A stretch of 63,075 bases of DNA, counting the filler, from Pelomyxa schiedti (taxonomy: Eukaryota > Protista > Evosea): the NCBI GenBank assembly GCA_020536535.1. It is 7 parts of 7 records of this genome, joined end to end, with 100 filler letters (N's around TTAATTAATTAA, not from the genome) between each part and the next. Parts side by side here need not be neighbours in the genome. Positions count along the whole stretch, not along the records: positions 48,958 to 51,943 come from JAHLWZ010000398.1; positions 52,044 to 56,716 come from JAHLWZ010001570.1; positions 56,817 to 58,819 come from JAHLWZ010002181.1; positions 58,920 to 63,075 come from JAHLWZ010001634.1; 3 more parts are not named here. One strand, written 5' to 3'. The first letter of the stretch is position 1. Each line of letters starts with the position of its first letter. The notes beneath the pieces are model-generated. The model worked only from the letters and a program-made list of their open reading frames with translations. It searched no databases and was not told the DNA's origin. A program made the position numbers and the translations under genes. This document shows, piece by piece, positions 49,079 through 61,513 of this stretch.

Positions 49079-51943
49079 ATGCACTTTGAGTGGTATGTCT
49101 TGAGGTGGAAGTTGGTTTTTCATGATACCCAGGCAAAGAACGATGACCACCAACCTGCGTAGTAGAAGAATCTGAGAAGCACTGGTGAGTTTCCTTCCAA
49201 TTTTACAATTCGTAATGAAAATGGTTCTCCTCAGAATCGTGCTGATGTGGAATCCAATCCAGGAATCCATCCATTCAGTGTAGTTTCAGTCTGTCAGAAT
49301 CAAAGCTCGATGTTATACTGTAATCAAGGTCAAAGTGCGGGATATATCTCCTGGTGATGAAGTTATGCCATAGAGCAACAAAAAGGACATATAAAGCTGT
49401 GATGTGTGCAACATGCAACAGTATTAGCCAAGGTTGATTACAAAGGTGAAGTACCCTTGTTGATCACGAATCCTAGAAGACAACAAAGTCGACTCAACAT
49501 AAATGCGCTCAATCTTGTGTGTACAAAAGTAGGGCCAATTCCTCCTACCTATACAATTGGGTCAATAGGAATTGAATCCAAAGTAGCCAAACCTACCTAA
49601 TCCGGTTGATATTTCGATCAAGAAGGCGCCTCAGGATGATGAAAAAAAACTCTTCGAAGGAAAGAACTGATTCTCAGAAGTTGTCCTTGAATCATTTGGA
49701 CCCGAAAAGTCAAAATCGAGTGAAACAACTTCTGGAGGAATATCTGGATATTATCAGTGATGGCGAAACTACTGGGAAAAACAGAGACCACATGAGAGCG
49801 ATACTGGAGATACTCCTCCGATTGCATTACCGATGTATCGTAAAGCACCGGAGATAAACAGAACCATAGAGGAGGAAGTCAAGAAAGGTCTAGCCTCAGG
49901 AGTAATAGAACCTTCTGTATCTCCATAGGCAGCACCAGTCGTGCTTGTGAAAAAAATCCACTTGTCGATTCTGTGTGGATTACAGAAAACTGAATGGTGT
50001 AACCAAGAAGATGGCGTATCCAATGCCAAGAATTGAGGACATGCTAGACGCACTAGGTGGCAATAATTGATTGGTTCACAGGGCTCGATTTGAAAGCTGG
50101 CTATTGGCAAGTCGAATTGTCCAAAAGAGCGAAGGAAAAATCAGCTTTTCGAACAAGATCGGGATTATACCAATTTGCTGTAATGAGTTTCGGTTTAGTC
50201 AATGTGTAATGAGTCAATGCACCTGCCACTTTTCAGAAATTAATGTATCTAATTCTAGCGGGATTGACTCCTCCTGCACACTGTTTGGTATATATCGATG
50301 ATGTAATCATATTCTCGCGAGGAACCCTGGTTGAACACCTATCTTGGGTGAGGAAGGTATTTGGTTGCTTGAGAAAAGCAGGATTACAAGTAAACTTGGG
50401 AAAGTGTCATTTGCAAAATCAGAGAATTGCGATATCTAGGACATTTGATCTCGAGCAATGGTGTAAAACCAGATCCAGCCAAAATTCAAGCAATTCAAAA
50501 TCTACAGCCGCCTGTAAATCAGAAACGTGTGAGAAGCTTTTTAGGAATTGTAGGATATTACCAACGATTCATCAAAGGCTTTGCCAAAATAGCTAGTCCA
50601 TTGGAAGAATTAAAGAAAAAAGGATATAGTGAATGGCATTGGGAAGAAGCAGAGCAAAAGGNNNNNNNNNNNNNNNNNNNNNNNNNNNNNNNNNNNNNNN
50701 NNNNNNNNNNNNNNNNNNNNNNNNNNNNNNNNNNNNNNNNNNNNNNNNNNNNNNNNNNNNNTTAGGAATTGTAGGATATTACCAACGATTCATCAAAGGC
50801 TTTGCCAAAATAGCTAGTCCATTGGAAGAATTAAAGAAAAAAGGATATAGTGAATGGCATTGGGAAGAAGCAGAGCAAAAGGCGTTTGAGAAATTGAAGT
50901 GAAAGTTTATCAAGGCGCTCCAATTTTACAATATCCACAATGGGATAAGCCTTTTACTGTTGAAACTGATGCTTCAATAACTGCTATATCTGCAACATTG
51001 ACGCAAAGGGATGATGAAGGACAGATCCATCATCCTATTGCATTTGCAAGCTGCAAACTGCGAGGTGCAGAAGTCAGATATCATATTACACAGTTAGAAG
51101 CATTAGCTGTTGGAGATGCCGTGCAACATTTTCAGCCATACATTTGGGGAAACATTTCACAGTAATAACAGATGCCAAATCTCTGGCTAAGCTGAATCAA
51201 GTACAAGGAAATTCACGATTGGCTAGATGGTCATTGTTACTTCAAGAATATGACCATGAAGTGATACATAGACCTGGACATCTTAATACTTCAGATGGCT
51301 TTACAAGAGCTGAAACCAAAGAACCCAGAACTGAAGATACTTTCTGATGTAGTCAAAGAAAGGTAATTATTCTGTGTTGAAAGACATGCCTGAAGATGAA
51401 CGCTTCAAATACATGGTTCAGAAAGAGATCTTTTTGTCCTTGAATACGATACTCTTTATGGCAAGTACCTAAACCAGCTAAAGTTAGTAAAAACGAACTC
51501 CAAGATCGCGATTATGCATACCTAGAGGAAACATCAAGCTCCGATTGATGCAAAAATCACCATGATGACTTAAAAGGTGGTGGTCATTGAAGTGGTGCCA
51601 AGATGTATACATTGTTCTGTCCGAAAAATATTGGTGGCCAACTATATGTTTCAAGACCTCAAAGAATGGGTCAAAACCTGTCCTGAATGTCAGAAATTTC
51701 GAAAACACATGCCAATCTATCAACCAAAAAGTATATTATTAGCTACTGAACCAAATGAGTATGTAGCTATTATTGACTTGTGGGGACCATTTCCAGAAGA
51801 GAACGATTATCACCAGAAGAATCTCCTCACTGTGGGTGAAGGACGGTGTCGTAGTTGCGTGATGCGGGCAGATGATGTTTCTCAAGAGTAAACAGTTTCC
51901 TGTATTGCCCTCATAATGAGCAGGTTACAAATCAGGGTGGCTC
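48958..51943 (+). mobile_element. Decayed Ty3/gypsy-type LTR-retrotransposon pol fragment (RT, RNase H, start of integrase)
   Basis: SGVIEPSVSP*AAPVVLVKK, RFCVDYRKLN...YPMPRIEDML, DLKAGYWQ, VYIDDVIIFS, YLGHLIS, SFLGIVGYYQRFIKGFA, FTVETDAS, LARWSLLLQEYD, WVKTCPECQK, IDLWGPFP. Multiple stops and frameshifts; no LTR seen. Confidence 0.92.
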
Positions 51944-52156
51944 NNNNNNNNNNNNNNNNNNNNNNNNNNNNNNNNNNNNNNNNNNNNTTAATTAATTAAN
52001 NNNNNNNNNNNNNNNNNNNNNNNNNNNNNNNNNNNNNNNNNNNGCACTCGTGCCACATTGCCGTCGCACCTCCACATCATTGGACAAACTTGTTGCGCTG
52101 CTGACTGCCGTCACCACTGCGGGTAGGAGCCTGGCGGGGCTGCGCCTCCCACAGTG

Positions 52157-54566
52157 CTAGTAATCATCAAGATCTCCTGCAATCGATTCTGAATCTCCTC
52201 TTCTTAACTCACTGAAGTCATCAAGGTCTTCAACAGTGAGACCAAGCCTGTCCATTGTTAACCGCGCATGCAGTGGCGTTGCTACTACAATTTTCATGAA
52301 GCCAAAGGACTGGATGGTGACTTCCCTGTTGATGTCTGGGAAAAGCCTCAGCATCATTTTCCATGTGGCCAAGCTGATGTCATGTGATACTAATTGATGG
52401 GCTTCACCCAACACCTGTGGTGTTGGTTGGAGTGTCTCTTATGGGAGATTGGGATGCGGATGAAAAGGGAAATAGAATACATACAAGAGAAAGTGGGGGG
52501 TCAAACAAGTTTACAAGCCACTCAGCACAACCACGCTTGTTTTTGGCAATCAACCCAATGAGAATTCTGATGATGGTAGGTACACTGCCCTGTGTTGTGC
52601 CACATGTGTACATTGTCAACCACTTGGCAAATTTGCTTGAGTGTTGGTTGTAGCTGAGAAAATTCAAGCACTCTTCCATTTCTGACTGTGAGAATTCCGC
52701 AATAGAGAGCAGTTCTTTGAGGCAGGCCAGCTCTTGGAACTCCATAGCTTCTTTGAGCAAACTGAGAAGAAGGTCGTGATGTACAGAAGGGTTCAAGGGG
52801 AACTTCTTGAGAACAGCAAAAATGAAGTTCAAGTATTCGGGGCAGGGAGTAGCTATTGACTCCTGCACTGCAGTGACCACATCAGACTGACTGCAGTCAA
52901 TGTCGCATGTCCCTGAATGGTGAGTGAACAGCCACTCAAGCCAGCCTTCCCGGCAGCTAATGTAACATCTGAAGAACAGAGAAAGGGAAACTTTTGGTTT
53001 TGTTCTTCTGCTGGTGAAGAAGTACTTTTCCAGCCACTGAGCAGTTAATTCGTTCTGCTCTGCCAAGGCCCAGTGGAGAGATAAAATCAAATCATCGTTG
53101 CTCATAGGACTGGCCTCTTGCTTGAACAACCACTCAACAAACACCACGTTGTCATGCTTTCCTGCACATGCCATAACAAAGTCCTCTGCTCGTGGCACAA
53201 CACCCTTTTCCTCAACAAACCACTTTCCCAGTTGCACATCACCACACACCCTGCATGATAAGTTCCACCAGTTCCACAATTTTTTCGTGTGGTTGCAGCC
53301 AGAGAGTGCCCACTTTATTACAGTAGCATGTTTTGGCAGCCAAAACTTTGAAAGGAACTTCACTTCAGGAATGGAAAAGTTATTACTGAGCCACTTGCAC
53401 ACCTCAACAATCTCATCAGCTGAAGCACCCCTGGCCATGGGAACAGATTTTGCCATTACCATTTTCCAATGTGGGAAACTCCTCACAAAGGATTTCACAC
53501 CAGATACACCATTCTTAAGCTCCAGGACAGAACTGATAGAAGTATCATCATCCAAGCCAAACGTGTCCACCAACCACTTGATGATGTGGAGGTGCCCGTT
53601 TCTTGATGCCTCTGTGAGGCACCCTTCCAGCAGCTTGTTGTTTGGTCCGTCATCTAATGGGAATACAGAGCACAGGATCCACTCCAATGCATCAAGGTGC
53701 CCATTGGAACAGACCTGCCCCACGATGTGGGATATTCCCTTCTCACTCCATAATTCATCACAAAGATAAGTTCCCTCCTCCAAACCACTGCGAAGATGCC
53801 ATGTGAACTTCTTCACTCAGTTATAAATTGTTAAAGCCGAATAATTTAACTTTAATAAGTTTCTTAGGGTAACTTTTAGTTATAGCTTGGCAATAAAGTG
53901 ATATTATATTAAGTGACTATTCTAACCCAAGAAAAGGCAAGTAAAAACCTCCGCCTCCATCTCAATCTCTGGCCACAACGGTGGGATTTTACCCAGGGGG
54001 CCACCCGCACCCCCCTCCTCCAGTCCCAATCTCGGTTCCGATTCCACCAGTGGTGGCCAGCCCTCACACCCATTCTCCACGAACATCTGCGCCGCCCGCA
54101 GGTGCCCAGCCCCGCACAACCCAGCCAGAACCGCAACCTGCTCCTTTGCCCTGCGCCGCCTGCTCCCTCCTCCCCCGCCCCCGCTCCCGCTCCCTCGCTC
54201 TCCCCCCTCCACTCCTCCTCCTCCCCCTCCTCCCCCCGGGGCCCCCCTGCGGGAGATCATCCAGGCCACGCACCTGGGGCACAGGGACGCCGCGGCGGCC
54301 TCGACGGCGGCGCGGTGGTGCGACCCGCCGGGGCCAGGGGGCGAGCGGGAGACGGCGCGGCAGGCCAGGGCCACGAGGGGGAACAGGGCCTCCGCGGTGG
54401 CCAGCACGCACGACGCCGCGGCGCGGGGGAGCCCCCGGCCCCCCACCTTGTGGCGGGCCGCCGCGGGCCGCAGAACCCACGGTACCACAACTTGGTCCCA
54501 AACTATCCGTGCCATCCGCGTGATGTGCTGTTTCTCTATCTCTTTGTGCCGTTCCGTAGCGGTCAT
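52157..54566 (-). CDS. Degenerate ankyrin-repeat-like protein (2 or more introns)
   Basis: MTATERH...MARIVWDQVVVPWVL; motifs LAGLCGAGHLRAAQMFV, VCSNGHLDALEWIL, EASRNGHLHIIKWLV; AT-rich intron at about 53818-53939. Confidence 0.75.
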
Positions 54567-54869
54567 ACGTCTTCCGCCTTGATTTTTTTCCTAAGAAAAA
54601 AGAGAATTTTCTGAAGAGCTGCGGCAATGTGTTTTGGATCGGAACGGATGATCCTGGATCTGGGGAGCTCACACTACAGGTGGTGAGACCCACTGGTTCA
54701 GACTCTTAAGGAAAGTCGATTAGAGATCTGATAGAACTCTGTTCTAAGTTTGCAATTGCAGAAGGGAGACGACACGGAAAATCAATTGCTTTATTTTTTC
54801 CTTCAATTTCCTCGGAATTAACCAAAGGGCACCAGGCCGTATCGCCGTAGATCCCGCACGTAGCGCAAC

Positions 54870-55921
54870 ATGGTACGGTTTCAAGCCCCCAAGATGATGC
54901 TATCAAAACGCTCCTAAACGCGACTATGTCGCGTTTTACGCTACTTTTTTTATTTTTTTGTGTAGCCTTTGGTCGGTTGGAGGATTAATTGGTATTTTTG
55001 TGTTGTAGGGTATCGACCTTAAACACCGACACTTGAAGCGCCACATTCGCCATGAGACAAGGAGCCAGGATCCCTACCTGCGCTTGCTCATCAAGGCATG
55101 CCTCTTTATTCAACAACGCCTTTTTTTTTTTATCTTACCCACCACAATTTTACAAAAACAGCTCTATCGCTACCTTGCACGACGCACAAGGTCAAAATTC
55201 GCCAAGGTTATTTTGCACAGAATGTACATGAGCAGGGTTAATCGCCCAGTCATGTCCGTGTCCAGGGTGTCGAAGTTCATACCCACTGTAAAGAAAGGGA
55301 AAGCCATCGCATGTGTCGTAGGAAAGGTCAGTTTCTCACAGCTAAGCCTACCCAACCTGAAACCAACATCACTATCGAGGTTTTGAATGATGAGAGACTC
55401 CTTGACCTTCCCAAGATGTGTGTTTGCGCTCTCGAGTTTTCCGAACAAGCCCGCGCACGCATCCTCAAAGCCGGTGGTTGCTGCATGACCTTTGACCAGT
55501 TGGCACTCACCAGGCCAACAGGTTTCTTCTGCCCCTTTCTTTTCTTAACCAACAAACACTTACCCTCCTTTTACAACCGCAGGTTCCAATACTTTCCTCC
55601 TTAGAGGATCACCAAAGGCCCGACACTGCACACGCTCATGGGGTAAACCCGCCGGTACACCCGGCAGCCACGCCAGGTATAAAATCCTCCTTATATTATA
55701 ATTATGTATATACTAAACCTCAAATTAAAACAAACCGGCTTCCGTACCCTGTATCCTTTATTAAATTATATTACACAATATTGAAGAGTAGTATTGTATT
55801 AATTTTATTTCTCTTGTCTAACCGCATTGTCCACAGACCCCGTGTCGAGAAGGGAGCCAAAACAGGACGCAAATTCGAGCGTGCTCGTGGACGCCGCAAA
55901 TCATGTGGCTTCAGAGTCTAA
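54870..55921 (+). CDS. RPL18: 60S ribosomal protein eL18 (6 exons; ATG-only first coding exon)
   Basis: M|GIDLKH...[11 protein letters not shown]|[29 protein letters not shown]...VVGK|VLNDERLL...[24 protein letters not shown]|GSNTFLLRG...GTPGSHA|RPRV...[18 protein letters not shown]. Confidence 0.96.
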
Positions 55922-56086
55922 AAAAAAAGAACAAAGAAGATACCATTTTGTTTGCAGAATTACCAGCCCCCTTCTGTTGAAGTGACTATTTGTAATGTCT
56001 CCTTGGTGTTCGAGTCCAAACTTTTCTGAGAAAGAGATCTTCCTTCAATTTCTGTAGATCCTTCCTCACAAAGCAGTGGCACACGC

Positions 56087-56716
56087 ATGGGGCAGGTCGT
56101 TGCTTCCCACGAATGCGACGAAACGAAGGAGGCTATAGAGCGAGAAAGAAAACGCGGTCTCTTTCACCTGCACTGCGTCCTTGACGCCAGGCGACGGCCA
56201 GCGAGCTACGGCACAGACAACGCCAGACCCGCCGTTCGACGCATCATCACCAAGCTCGCATGCTCTGTCATCGACGGCGGCAAACTCGACAAGGTCAGGA
56301 AGCAGCTTTGATTAAATTTAATTTAATGTAGTTAAAACGGAGACAAATTATTTGAATTTTAACAACGCGCTCCCCCTAATTAAAATTGATACAAATTTTA
56401 ACAACAAACACCGACACACCACGGTTAGGAAGCAAAGCTTGCCGCCAAGACTCCACCGCATTGCATTCTATATAACAACTAATTATTTTAACTTTAACAA
56501 CAAACTCAACAGTCACAAAGGTCAGGAAGCTCGCGGCCAAGACACCGCCCGGCGACGAGCGCGCCGTGGCGTGGTGCATGTACAAGCCCACGCAAGACAC
56601 CACGTTCAGCGTGATCAAGATATGCGCGAAGCTCGGCCGGCTCGACGAGATGAACGCCATCCTGGAGGCGTGGAGCGAGAGGCGGCCCAACGGAGCCGAG
56701 ATTGTGGCCTCGCTGG
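56087..56716 (+). CDS. 5' part of a hypothetical protein (exons 56087-56293, 56521-56716; truncated)
   Basis: MGQVVAS...GKLDK|VRKLAAKTPPGDERAVAWCMYK...; in-frame GT-AG splice, GC3-rich exons. Confidence 0.6.
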
Positions 56717-57501
56717 NNNNNNNNNNNNNNNNNNNNNNNNNNNNNNNNNNNNNNNNNNNNTTAATTAATTAANNNNNNNNNNNNNNNNNNNNNNNNNNNN
56801 NNNNNNNNNNNNNNNNGATTTTTTTTTTGTGACGGAGCGTCGTGGTGCGACTTTTGTTGTTGGTGGCTGCCAACGAGTATCGGCACAGGTACTGTCACTT
56901 GCTTTGGCGTCGCACCCTCGTTGTGCAATCTCCACCGATGGCGTGTAGATGGAGAGGGAATCGCACAATTGCAGTGGTTAAGTTGTGGGACGACATGGTA
57001 TTGGGCTCCACACTGGGGTTCATGGTTTGAAAGTTTGACGGTGGTGGCCAAATTTACACATCACATCTGGATTCATCAGGTGCTTGTCCTTATGCGCTGT
57101 GGGGGTGAGAGGTGCTTTGTCGTTACCACTACAGCTGATTTTGCAGAGCAGTGTGGATTATCCCGAGAGTACCAGAACTGTGGAACCTGTTCCATCCAAA
57201 GTGGGCAGGTCTCCGCTTTAAGTGTCACAGTTAACTCTCTGTTCTGTATCTTACACAGCACCCAATTGGGTTTGCAGAAATTTGGGACTGCAACAATTCC
57301 AGTCAACCACTTTCTCTGATCAAGTTCGGTACCCACTATAACTCTTGTGGAAATTCAGGGTTCCTATTTCAGTGTAACCACAATGAAATATCTGTGTCCT
57401 CACTATTGCAGTGCAGGGCTTTCTTACTGTTGTTCAAAGTTCCACAACTTGGTTCAAGAAGTTTTTTTCGTTTTTCGCTTCTAGAAAATACAACAACGGT
57501 G

Positions 57502-58635
57502 ATGGAGGTAGTGCCACGGATTGATGCTCGCCAACAGATTGTGGGATTGATGTGCGGAGCAATTCCGAGGTGTGGATCGACAAGCGCGTGTCGGGTGATG
57601 GCCGTGATCCCCTCCCTCCTCCGGCTCCTGGCCCACCGGTGGGTCATGAACCCAGACGGCCTTTACGCTTTCACGCTGTGGGACAACGGGGGCTCCTGCA
57701 GCACGAGGCAATTATGGGTTCGAGTGTCACACACCCTGGGTGTTGTTGACAGTGGATGGTTCTTTTTTACAGGAACACAGAATGAGGGAATATTTGCTGT
57801 TGGGGCCATTGGATTGGATAGCATTGTGAGTATTTGCCAAGATACTGTTTATGTTGTTGGGATTGATGGGACGCACCAAATGTCCTACTGCACTGATCGC
57901 GCTAGGATGAAGGTTTGCTGCAATTCAAAGTGGCTTGTGGTTGTGAAATGGGAGTCCCAACTGTTGATATGGAGTGTGGGGACTCAAGGCGGTCATACTG
58001 CGTTCTCTTCTCATCCTCATTTGGCAATAGCTGGAAAGGCTGTCGAAAAGGCAAAGTTCACAAAGGAGAGTGATGATGTACTTATGTTGTTATGCAAACA
58101 CCGCTCTACTTTCCTCTACTCAATAGTGAGCGTCGATGTGCCTGCATCCTTGAAGAGAAGCTCCTTGGTCACCCTCAGGGAGGTGAAGTTCCCATCTGAT
58201 ATGACAAGGAGGGTGGATGGATTTCTGGTCTCAAATGGCATGCTTTGGGTAGTTTTATATGAGTTATTTGCAGATGGGTACAAGCTCCGTTGTGTTGATA
58301 GTGGTGAATACTGCACATTTTCAGGAGGGGGAAAAATCAGAACGATGGGCTGTGAGCACTTCTGTGTATTCAATAAAACCAGTTCATCAGGCACTGTGTA
58401 CATTGCCTCAAAACCACCGAAAGCTGTCTTCTCTTTTGAGAACCCCTGCTATGACCCACACATGCAACTTCAATCATGGAACATGGGCATCCTTGCAACC
58501 GGGGAATCCCGACCCCCAGGGTCCCCCATCGCCTCAGTTGTGATTCAAAATGCCTTCCATGGCCTTACACAAGCTTCCCTCAAGTTCCCCTCCAGGTTCA
58601 CACTCACCGAAGGTTGGTTGCCACCTCAAGACTGA
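57502..58635 (+). CDS. Intronless hypothetical protein, beta-rich C-terminal part
   Basis: 377-aa ATG ORF MEVVPRIDARQQIVGLMCGAIPRCG...; no known domain recognised. Confidence 0.7.
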   Translation: MEVVPRIDARQQIVGLMCGAIPRCGSTSACRVMAVIPSLLRLLAHRWVMNPDGLYAFTLWDNGGSCSTRQLWVRVSHTLGVVDSGWFFFTGTQNEGIFAVGAIGLDSIVSICQDTVYVVGIDGTHQMSYCTDRARMKVCCNSKWLVVVKWESQLLIWSVGTQGGHTAFSSHPHLAIAGKAVEKAKFTKESDDVLMLLCKHRSTFLYSIVSVDVPASLKRSSLVTLREVKFPSDMTRRVDGFLVSNGMLWVVLYELFADGYKLRCVDSGEYCTFSGGGKIRTMGCEHFCVFNKTSSSGTVYIASKPPKAVFSFENPCYDPHMQLQSWNMGILATGESRPPGSPIASVVIQNAFHGLTQASLKFPSRFTLTEGWLPPQD

Positions 58636-58708
58636 TGTACAAACCAATTTTCGGATTGTGATTTGCAAAAAACGAAACAGAATCAAAACAGTACCGATAC
58701 AAATTAAC

Positions 58709-58819
58709 ATGGCGGACTCAGGGTGCGTTGAGCCCAAGCGAGACTGTCCCCACCTCGTCGCCCACTACGCTCCCCTAGATTCGAATGACACATCGACATT
58801 AGATGGTGTGGCGTGTATT
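58709..58819 (+). CDS. Start of a possible zf-UBP (HDAC6/USP-type zinc finger) protein (truncated)
   Basis: MADSGCVEPKRDCPHLVAH... resembles the 'V.P...CPHL' start of ZnF-UBP domains; only 37 codons are visible. Confidence 0.4.
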
Positions 58820-58919
58820 NNNNNNNNNNNNNNNNNNNNNNNNNNNNNNNNNNNNNNNNNNNNTTAATTAATTAANNNNNNNNNNNNNNNNNNNNNNNNN
58901 NNNNNNNNNNNNNNNNNNN

Positions 58920-61513
58920 CAAGGTGATCCCAGCATGAGGCATGAGAATGGCAAGTGATTTGTGAGTGCACAGTTCATTCCTGAAAAATGATTTGTCACT
59001 TGGTATTTTCTCCACATACTCAGACGGGAGACTGTGAAAATAGATCAGAGAGCAGATTTGTTTGGTTCTTTGGTTGGTTTCCCAAAAGAAAGGGAGGAAA
59101 AATGAACACACCCTGGAATTACAATTGCACCAAGAGGGTGGATAATGTTTGGGTGATTTGGAACCAATGAGAGGGTAACGCACTCAGCCATGTATTTCTG
59201 CCTCAGCATTGTCTGCTGTGGTGTATTTTCCCAGTTGAAAAGAACTTTCATCACCATGTCTCTCCCTCTCTTTGTTGTTGTGGATGAGGTTGTGAGAGCA
59301 CTGCTTCTGATGCTGTTGTTGTCAAATGCAGTGAGGTATTGAACCTTGAACGCAGCTGCATGTGAACCAGTTCCAAGGAGTTTCTCAACCCTGAAGTCAG
59401 GTGCAGTTGCTGTAATCAGTGATGTCATCGTGTTGATGATGTCCTATGTTGTTGTATGGGTGTCTATTTGAAGGATGAAGGTGTTGGCAGAAAAGAACCT
59501 GGAATGATGTGGACCTGTCAACTTCCGCCTTCAGAGATTTGTTCAGATTGGCAACTGAGATACGTTCTTGGGCAAGTGTTGCTTCCACCTCATGGCAATG
59601 ATTCTCAAGTTGCACTGTTCTGTGATGGAGCTAAAAAAATTATGTAATTTGTAAGTAATTGATTGAGACACATGTGATTTTTTTTTTCTTACCACTCTGC
59701 CTTGTTGTTGCATTTCTTCAGGGTGAAGTATCTTGGCAGCACCTCTGTGTCCACACAGAGCAGCCTCCTCCAACCACCGACGTGACTGATCCATGTCACG
59801 CTCCACACCGTCGCCATCCCTGAGGCACACACCAAGGTGGAACATGGAGATTATATCACCACCTTCTGCAGCCATCTTGAAGTATTTGACAGCCAGTTCC
59901 TTGTCCATTGGGGCACCACAGTCACCTCTTTGGCAAAAAACTCCCAATTCTCCCAGTGCCTCTGCACCATAATCGGAAATATCATCATACAACACACGAG
60001 CCTTTTTGAGGTCACCAACACCCCTTTCATAAAAATATCCAAGGAAAGCAGCGGCTCTGCAGTAGTCTTTTGAAGCAGAATTGAGGATGCCAAGTGCCTC
60101 TCCAACATCCCTGTCCACACCACAACCCCACAAGTAACACCACCCAAGGTACGGAGTGCCATCATTACAGGCCGGCTTGCCATCATTAAAGGCTGACTTG
60201 CCAGTATTCGACCTCTGGAACAGCGACACTGCCTTTGTCCAGTTCCTTCTTACACCCTCACCCAGCAAATAACACACACCAAGGCTCACTGGACGCACCC
60301 ACTCAGGTGCCTTGTAGAGTGACACAGCCTTGCGTTGATCCCGCTCCACACCCACTCCATGCTGGTAGCACCACCCCAGTGAACACATTGCAGGCTCATT
60401 CTTCCTGTCAGCAGCCAGGGTCCATGCTCGAACAGCCCTTTCCATGTCATGATTCCGCTTGTATGCATCCCCAATGTTGCACAGGCCGCAATCATCGTTG
60501 GCAGCCTGGAACAAATGCATTGCCTTGCGCAGGTGTATGGGTAGGCCATTCTCACCCTTCATGTACATGCAGGCCAGATCGCTCATGGCCTCGTGATTTC
60601 CACCTTCACTAGCCTGTTTCAACAACGAGATTCCTTCAGTAATCTGAGTAGTAATCTGAGTAAACCCATTCTTTGGCTCCAGGTAACAACGCGAGAGTTC
60701 CACCATGGCGTTGGTGTTGTGGCCAACAACAGCCCGCTGCAAAAGTGAAATGCCTTTGGGGGAGTTTGGGAGGCCGCCACACCTCCTATCCAAGAAACAG
60801 CGGGCAAGGACACACATTGCATTGGTGTCACCAGAATCAACTTTCCTAATGAGATCCACCATGAAACTAGCGCCAGCACTTCCACGTTCCACAGCCAGTT
60901 GCAACAGAGACATGGCTTTGCGATCATCCTGTGGCAAACCATACGCTGGCCCCAGATAAGCATCAGCGAGTTTCACCATAGCTTGGGTGTTGTTGCCAGA
61001 AACAGCCTGCAGCAACAGCGAAACACCTTTGTTGTGGTCTTGAGTCAGCCCATACTTCGGCTCCAGGTAACCCTCGGCAAGAATCAGCATTGCCTCGGTA
61101 TTGTTTCTGGCAATGGCCTGCTCCAGCAGCAATACACCTTCAGCGGGTCCTTTGCAGGGTACAGTCTCAGGCAGGTATGTTGTCCCCAGGTAAAACCCAG
61201 CCAGCTTCACCATGGCTTTGGTGTTGTTTCCAGCAATGGCCTGCTGCAGAAGTGACATAGCTTTGGTGTAGTCCTGTGTCAACCCGTACCTTGGTGCCAG
61301 GTAAGCCTCAGCAAGCTTAAACATTGCTTCAGTGTTGTTGCCGTTGACAGCTTGCTGCAGAAGCGACAGGCCCTTGGTGTAGCTCCCGGGGTCTTTTACG
61401 TCAAACGCGGTTGGGAGGTAGGACAGAGCGAGGTCGTACATTGCCTCGCTGTCACCTTCACCAACTTTCTCCATGAGCTCCTCCATGTACCTGGACTCGT
61501 CTGTGGTCGTCAT
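58920..61513 (-). CDS. Sel1-repeat / coiled-coil / protein kinase (PINK1-like N-lobe); 3' end truncated
   Basis: More than 10 Sel1 repeats (AMCSLGWCYQHGVGVERDQRKAVSLY, SMFHLGVCLRDGDGVERDMDQSRRWLEEAA), a short coiled coil, then LLGTGSHAAAF, MVMKVLFNWE, HPNIIH, KSLAILMPHAGITL. Confidence 0.88.

Noticed and set aside
53913-54693. Multiple long overlapping ORFs on both strands (also at 3574-4269, 6014-6802, 32287-32892, 43296-44326)
   Set aside because: These are expected shadow ORFs of GC-rich or repetitive coding sequence, with no independent motifs.
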